The position numbers and the translations under genes are program-made. Positions 60,290-64,000 of a stretch of 64,000 nt of DNA are shown here, piece after piece (position 1 is the first letter of the stretch; each line of letters starts with the position of its first letter). Location of the stretch: assembly GCA_000996355.1 (NCBI GenBank), contig LCAH01000002.1:29703-93702 (forward strand), given 5' to 3'. Below the pieces are notes generated by a model. That model was not told where the DNA came from. It made no database searches and worked only from the letters and a program-made list of their open reading frames with translations. This DNA comes from Candidatus Uhrbacteria bacterium GW2011_GWC2_41_11. Lineage in GTDB: Bacteria; Patescibacteriota; Patescibacteriia; UBA9934; GWF2-40-263.

Positions 60290-61324
60290 ATGTCAAAAGC
60301 AGTCGAGTCTGTGATGAGCGGACAATCAGACAAAATATGCGACCAGATTGTTGATGCTATTGTTGATGAATATTTGCGTCGTGATCCAGAAAGCCGAGTT
60401 GATCTTAAGGTTCTTGGTTCACACGGAATGATTATGATTGGCGGGGAAGTAAATTCTCGCGCCGACTTTGATTTAGCAGGACTTGCGAAAATGGTGTATC
60501 GCGATATTGGCTATACAGATGACGCAGAAGTTTTTGTAAATGTCGAACCTCTATCTGAAGAAATGTCTTCTGTCGTCGGAGCTGCTGATACGGTTGTTGT
60601 GCATGGATATGCAACAAGAGAAACACGTGAGTTTCTTCCCCTGCCTCTTGTGTATGCACATGCTCTTGCACGTCGAATGGACGATTTACGTAAAACAGAC
60701 CCGACGTTTCATTGGTTGGGACCGGATGGAAAAGTTCAAATAGTGATGGAACAAAAAAAAGTCATTGCTGTAACTCTTCTTGCTCAACACGCAAAAGACG
60801 TGCTTCCTCGTGATGTACAAGCGCGTCTTTTGGAACGCGTAGTTTCTCCTATTATTGGAAAAGATGAAGAAGTACAAATTTTTATCAATCCAATTGGATC
60901 ATTTGTTACTGGTGGATTTCAAGCAGATACAGGGATGAGTGGGCAAAAGTCATCCGTGGATTTTTATGGCGGTTTGATTCCACATGGAGATGTTGGATTA
61001 TCCGGAAAAGATCCTGGAAAAGTCGAACGTGCCGGATCCTATATGGCACGGTTTGTAGCAAAACAACTTGTTAAAGAAGGATGGGCAGATGCTATTTTGA
61101 TCTCTCTTGCATACACGCTTGGCCGTGCAGAACCAGTGATGATTGATGTAAAAGCAAGCGGATTGAAAAGGGAGAATGCGTCTTCTCTTGTCAATTTTGT
61201 CAAAAAAGAGTATGATTTTCGACCAGATGCCATCGTAGAACGTCTGGATTTAAAAAAGCCGTGCTATCGTGCAACGGCTGTATATGGTCATTTTGGTCGA
61301 GAAGGATTTCCATGGGAAGAATGA
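60290..61324 (+). CDS. metK: S-adenosylmethionine synthetase
   Basis: N-terminal ESVMSGQSDKICDQIVDAIVD (compare [21 protein letters not shown]). GGLIPHGDVGLSGKDPGKVERAGSY P-loop-like motif. C-terminal TAVYGHFGRE. Start placed at the ATG at 60290. Confidence 0.85.
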   Translation: MSKAVESVMSGQSDKICDQIVDAIVDEYLRRDPESRVDLKVLGSHGMIMIGGEVNSRADFDLAGLAKMVYRDIGYTDDAEVFVNVEPLSEEMSSVVGAADTVVVHGYATRETREFLPLPLVYAHALARRMDDLRKTDPTFHWLGPDGKVQIVMEQKKVIAVTLLAQHAKDVLPRDVQARLLERVVSPIIGKDEEVQIFINPIGSFVTGGFQADTGMSGQKSSVDFYGGLIPHGDVGLSGKDPGKVERAGSYMARFVAKQLVKEGWADAILISLAYTLGRAEPVMIDVKASGLKRENASSLVNFVKKEYDFRPDAIVERLDLKKPCYRATAVYGHFGREGFPWEE

Positions 61325-61337
61325 AGGAGAAATGAAG

Positions 61338-62093
61338 ATGGAAAATCAAAAAAAGATGGATGAAGATGAAGTCAACATTTTTTTGGTAGAACGAGCGGTA
61401 CAGGCGACGGAACGGGCTGTTCGGGAAACACCTGCCGCCAAATCAAGACGAGATCTTTTGAGAACCTTGGAACAAGTCCATCTCTTGATTCCGTCATTCA
61501 AGAAAGGTGATGTTCTTGATGAAATATTTCTCAATCTTCAAGCCCCATATGTTTTGGAAGGATTCGGGATTGGAGGAAATCCGGCTTCCGTACATAAGAT
61601 TTGGCCAAACATCAGATGGGGCAGCTTTCGGCAAGAACAAATGCGTCAAGAGACTGTTTATTGGGTTGTCCTCCTGCTCCGCGCCATTATAGATCTTAGT
61701 AGTGGTCGTACACATGACAATTCTTTTTCTCGTGCACTGTTATACAGATCTCGACGAATTCTTGCATCCTTGGTCATGAAAGATGAAGTCCCACCAGACT
61801 GGATGTGGGTGGAACCGTCCGAAGGAATAGTGGTTTCTCCGGAACAATGTGCCGCTATTGCAGCGAATGCATACAGGGCCGGCTTTCGTGGTGTTTGGTT
61901 TATTGCAAATCCATGGGAGATAGGGAGTCAAACATCTCTTTGTTTGTATCTCCCACAAAACACTTTACCCATGACATATGGGAGAGGGAAGGCACATGGC
62001 TTTCCAATTATTCATATATTACGTTCCATTGACCTCAAAGGACAGTGGATTACAAACAGAAAAAATGAGTTTATCTTGGACAAGCTTGTTTAA
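61338..62093 (+). CDS. Hypothetical protein (251 aa)
   Basis: ORF starting 14 nt after the metK stop, with an aggag SD. No recognised motifs. Confidence 0.5.
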   Translation: MENQKKMDEDEVNIFLVERAVQATERAVRETPAAKSRRDLLRTLEQVHLLIPSFKKGDVLDEIFLNLQAPYVLEGFGIGGNPASVHKIWPNIRWGSFRQEQMRQETVYWVVLLLRAIIDLSSGRTHDNSFSRALLYRSRRILASLVMKDEVPPDWMWVEPSEGIVVSPEQCAAIAANAYRAGFRGVWFIANPWEIGSQTSLCLYLPQNTLPMTYGRGKAHGFPIIHILRSIDLKGQWITNRKNEFILDKLV

Positions 62094-62130
62094 ATCAAGA
62101 TCCGGCAGGGAACACTTTGTCGGATTTTTT

Positions 62131-62715
62131 TTATTTTTGAAATCGATTTTGAACCACGTTCCAATCAATGGTTTTGAAAAAGGTTTCGATATAATCTGCA
62201 CGTTTGAGCCCGTAATCAATCATGAATGCATGTTCAAAAACATCCATAACAAGAAGAGGTATGCAGCCTGCAAGATGACCAACATCATGTTCATTGATCC
62301 AGGTATTGAATAACCAGCCTGTTTCACGATCTTGATAAAGAATCACCCAGCCAATGCCGCGCATGGCGCCAACAGATTTAAAATTTGTTTCCCATGTTTT
62401 GAATGATCCAAATGCTTTTTCTATTTGTCTAAACAGTCTATGAGATTCATCAAGAATGTTTCCATCTTTTTTTATGTTTTCAAAATAGTGTTCATGCAAG
62501 CGCATGCCATTGAACTCCCAACCAAATCTTCGTGTGAGTTCTGCATACGAAGGTATGTTTGTTTTTTCTTCTTTTTCTAAGATATTTTTCTCTTCCAAAA
62601 GTGTATTCGTATTTTTTACATACCCTTGATAAAGCGTGAAATGATTTTTGAGGAGTGTATCGCTAAATCCTTCGAGACCAAGGAGGTGATCAAATGATTT
62701 TGCTTCGTAAGACAT
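62131..62715 (-). CDS. Fe/Mn superoxide dismutase
   Basis: Metal ligands in SOD context (NHF, LHEHYF, DVFEHAF) and a C-terminal DWNVV..R motif. Confidence 0.8.
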   Translation of the reverse strand: MSYEAKSFDHLLGLEGFSDTLLKNHFTLYQGYVKNTNTLLEEKNILEKEEKTNIPSYAELTRRFGWEFNGMRLHEHYFENIKKDGNILDESHRLFRQIEKAFGSFKTWETNFKSVGAMRGIGWVILYQDRETGWLFNTWINEHDVGHLAGCIPLLVMDVFEHAFMIDYGLKRADYIETFFKTIDWNVVQNRFQK

Positions 62716-62725
62716 AGGAGATTTT

Positions 62726-63364
62726 TTATTTTTTGTTCATGATGCGTTCGCGAATGGCGTCAATATCAAGATCTGCTTCCATTTGTTTGATCATCGCATC
62801 ATCTTGGTGTTTCACATTCATGGAGTGTTGAATCTTATCGAGAATACGCAAGATGGCTGTGATTTCGCGTTCTGCTTGTACATTGACTTGAAAATCTATT
62901 TCTTCACGTAAGTCTGCAATTTTTGCTGCTCGATTTTGACTGATGAGAACAATAATAGAGAGAAAAATTGCTTCCAAAGAGACGATCATGGTAAGTAAAC
63001 CAAATGGATACGGATCAAGAGTCGGAATACTAGGAATCCATTCCATGTTACACGCAAGCCATGTGAAAAAAAAGAGAGCATTCAATAAAAGAAATCCAAT
63101 CGTCCCAAAAGAATCTGTTAAAAAATCTGCGGTGCGTTCAGACCAGTGTTTTGGATGCTTCAGACTTGTGGCGAAAATTTCTCCTATGCTTCGATGTTCA
63201 GATTTTTTTGTTTGAGTCTCAGATATTTTTTTCTTTTTTCGATTTGCGGATGTCATAAAAGGACAATCATTGTTTTGTGAGAATCGTGTAAAAGTATTTG
63301 TAGAATAACACGAAACAGGGTGTGAAGGAAAGAAAAACCGACTCACGGATTTTCTTTTTGTCAA
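62726..63364 (-). CDS. DUF1003-like membrane protein (two TM helices plus C-terminal coiled coil)
   Basis: Two hydrophobic helices followed by a charged helical tail. The real start is probably internal (MTSANRKK...). Family assignment is tentative. Confidence 0.45.
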   Translation of the reverse strand: MTKRKSVSRFFFPSHPVSCYSTNTFTRFSQNNDCPFMTSANRKKKKISETQTKKSEHRSIGEIFATSLKHPKHWSERTADFLTDSFGTIGFLLLNALFFFTWLACNMEWIPSIPTLDPYPFGLLTMIVSLEAIFLSIIVLISQNRAAKIADLREEIDFQVNVQAEREITAILRILDKIQHSMNVKHQDDAMIKQMEADLDIDAIRERIMNKK

Positions 63365-63448
63365 CCATAATAAATTATTTATTTGCGCTATAATTAGATG
63401 ATTTGATACACTAGTATTGCTTTTAAGTTCTTTGAGAAAAGGAGGAAT

Positions 63449-63679
63449 ATGCCAACAAAAACTCGTGCGATCGCGTCTGCAAAAAAAATAGGATCTTCTG
63501 TTCGACGAAAAAGTTCTCTAGAAAAAAAAGAAGATGTTTTGGTTCATGTTGATCATGTTCCACACCATTGTCCTGTGTGTGATTTTGTTCCCATGAATTC
63601 CATGGCCATGATCGCTGTCTTATCAGGTCTTGTCGTTGCTCTTTCTATGTTTTTAATGCAAGCCATGTTGTTTTTATAA
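63449..63679 (+). CDS. Small CPxC-containing membrane protein (76 aa)
   Basis: Strong SD aaaggagg 6 nt upstream. HHCPVCDF motif. C-terminal TM helix. Confidence 0.45.
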   Translation: MPTKTRAIASAKKIGSSVRRKSSLEKKEDVLVHVDHVPHHCPVCDFVPMNSMAMIAVLSGLVVALSMFLMQAMLFL

Positions 63680-63708
63680 ATAATTCCAACTTTCAACTCC
63701 CATTCGAT

Positions 63709-63862
63709 CTCCCGAAGCCCGGGCGAGCTCTATCCGAGCGCAGGATACCAAGTCTCCTGACCAAAGAGACGCAGGCATCCCAGCGAGTTACGAGCCCGGG
63801 TGCCTTCGGGACATCCTTTCTTTTCCACCATCTTTTCTTTAGATGAGTAAAGAAAAGATGGT
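63709..63862 (+). other. GC-rich highly structured element (candidate ncRNA or structured 3'UTR): long imperfect hairpin 63709-63811 plus perfect 14-15-bp hairpin 63827-63862
   Basis: TCCCGAAG/CTTCGGGA and CCCGGGC/GCCCGGG arms enclose internal hairpins. Then CCATCTTTTCTTTA-gatgag-TAAAGAAAAGATGG. Locally ~60% GC in a ~42% GC background. Confidence 0.3.
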
Positions 63863-63872
63863 CGGGGATGTT

Positions 63873-63893
63873 GGGGTGGAACCCCCTATTTTT
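63873..63893 (+). terminator. Rho-independent terminator
   Basis: GGGG-TGGAA-CCCC followed by CTATTTTT. Confidence 0.6.
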
Positions 63894-63925
63894 GTATCTA
63901 AATATCTGACTTGAGAGATTGATTT

Positions 63926-64000
63926 ATGAAAATGCAGTACGTTTCTCTTTTTTTGACCTTGCTTGTGTTAACAGGGACGGGATGTTCTTCTCTCCAGGTT
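63926..64000 (+). CDS. 5' end of a gene for an exported protein / possible lipoprotein (truncated by the window edge)
   Basis: MKMQYVSLFLTLLVLTGTGCSS is a signal peptide with a Cys at a lipobox-like position. Confidence 0.4.
   Translation, partial: MKMQYVSLFLTLLVLTGTGCSSLQV

Noticed and set aside
63700-63900. Considered RNase P RNA, tmRNA, SRP RNA or 6S RNA for the GC-rich structured element
   Set aside because: It lacks the RNase P P4 AGGAAAGUCCGGGCUCC, the tmRNA tRNA-like ends and resume codon, and the SRP domain IV GGAA motif. Kept only as an unclassified structured element.
1-64000. Searched intergenic regions for tRNA, rRNA and CRISPR arrays, and for integrase or transposase genes
   Set aside because: None found. 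Intergenic regions are short and no direct-repeat arrays are present. The GC-elevated islands are therefore not called mobile elements.

Overview
This is a low-GC bacterial chromosomal window (hand-counted 60-nt samples give roughly 40-45% GC). It uses the standard genetic code (TGA is a stop) and is densely packed, mostly with housekeeping genes. Recognised content: asnS and aspS in tandem, scpA-scpB, a PBP5-like D-Ala-D-Ala carboxypeptidase, and a long minus-strand operon lemA-htpX-clpC-[four envelope genes]-radA. Then rseP, pheS-pheT, dnaE, a Thr-type T-box leader followed by an orphan gene and thrS, queA, rpsB-tsf, a lower-glycolysis block (gap-metallophosphoesterase-pgk-eno-gpmI), cca, a PAP2 phosphatase, a manC-like gene, mltG, pcrA/uvrD and malic enzyme. 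lexA sits divergent from metK with an unusual pair of LexA boxes between them, followed by an Fe/Mn SOD and a DUF1003-like gene. No tRNA, rRNA, CRISPR, transposase or integrase was recognised. Genes without a recognisable function concentrate in three places: a divergent pair at 6.7-8.4 kb, a modestly GC-elevated divergent pair at 40.5-45.1 kb (including a 976-aa membrane protein with a giant coiled coil), and 33.8-36.1 kb. The reduced aaRS architectures (AspRS without GAD, ThrRS without TGS), sporadic Shine-Dalgarno usage and many orphan envelope proteins suggest a streamlined lineage. That is inference; the lineage cannot be named from sequence alone.
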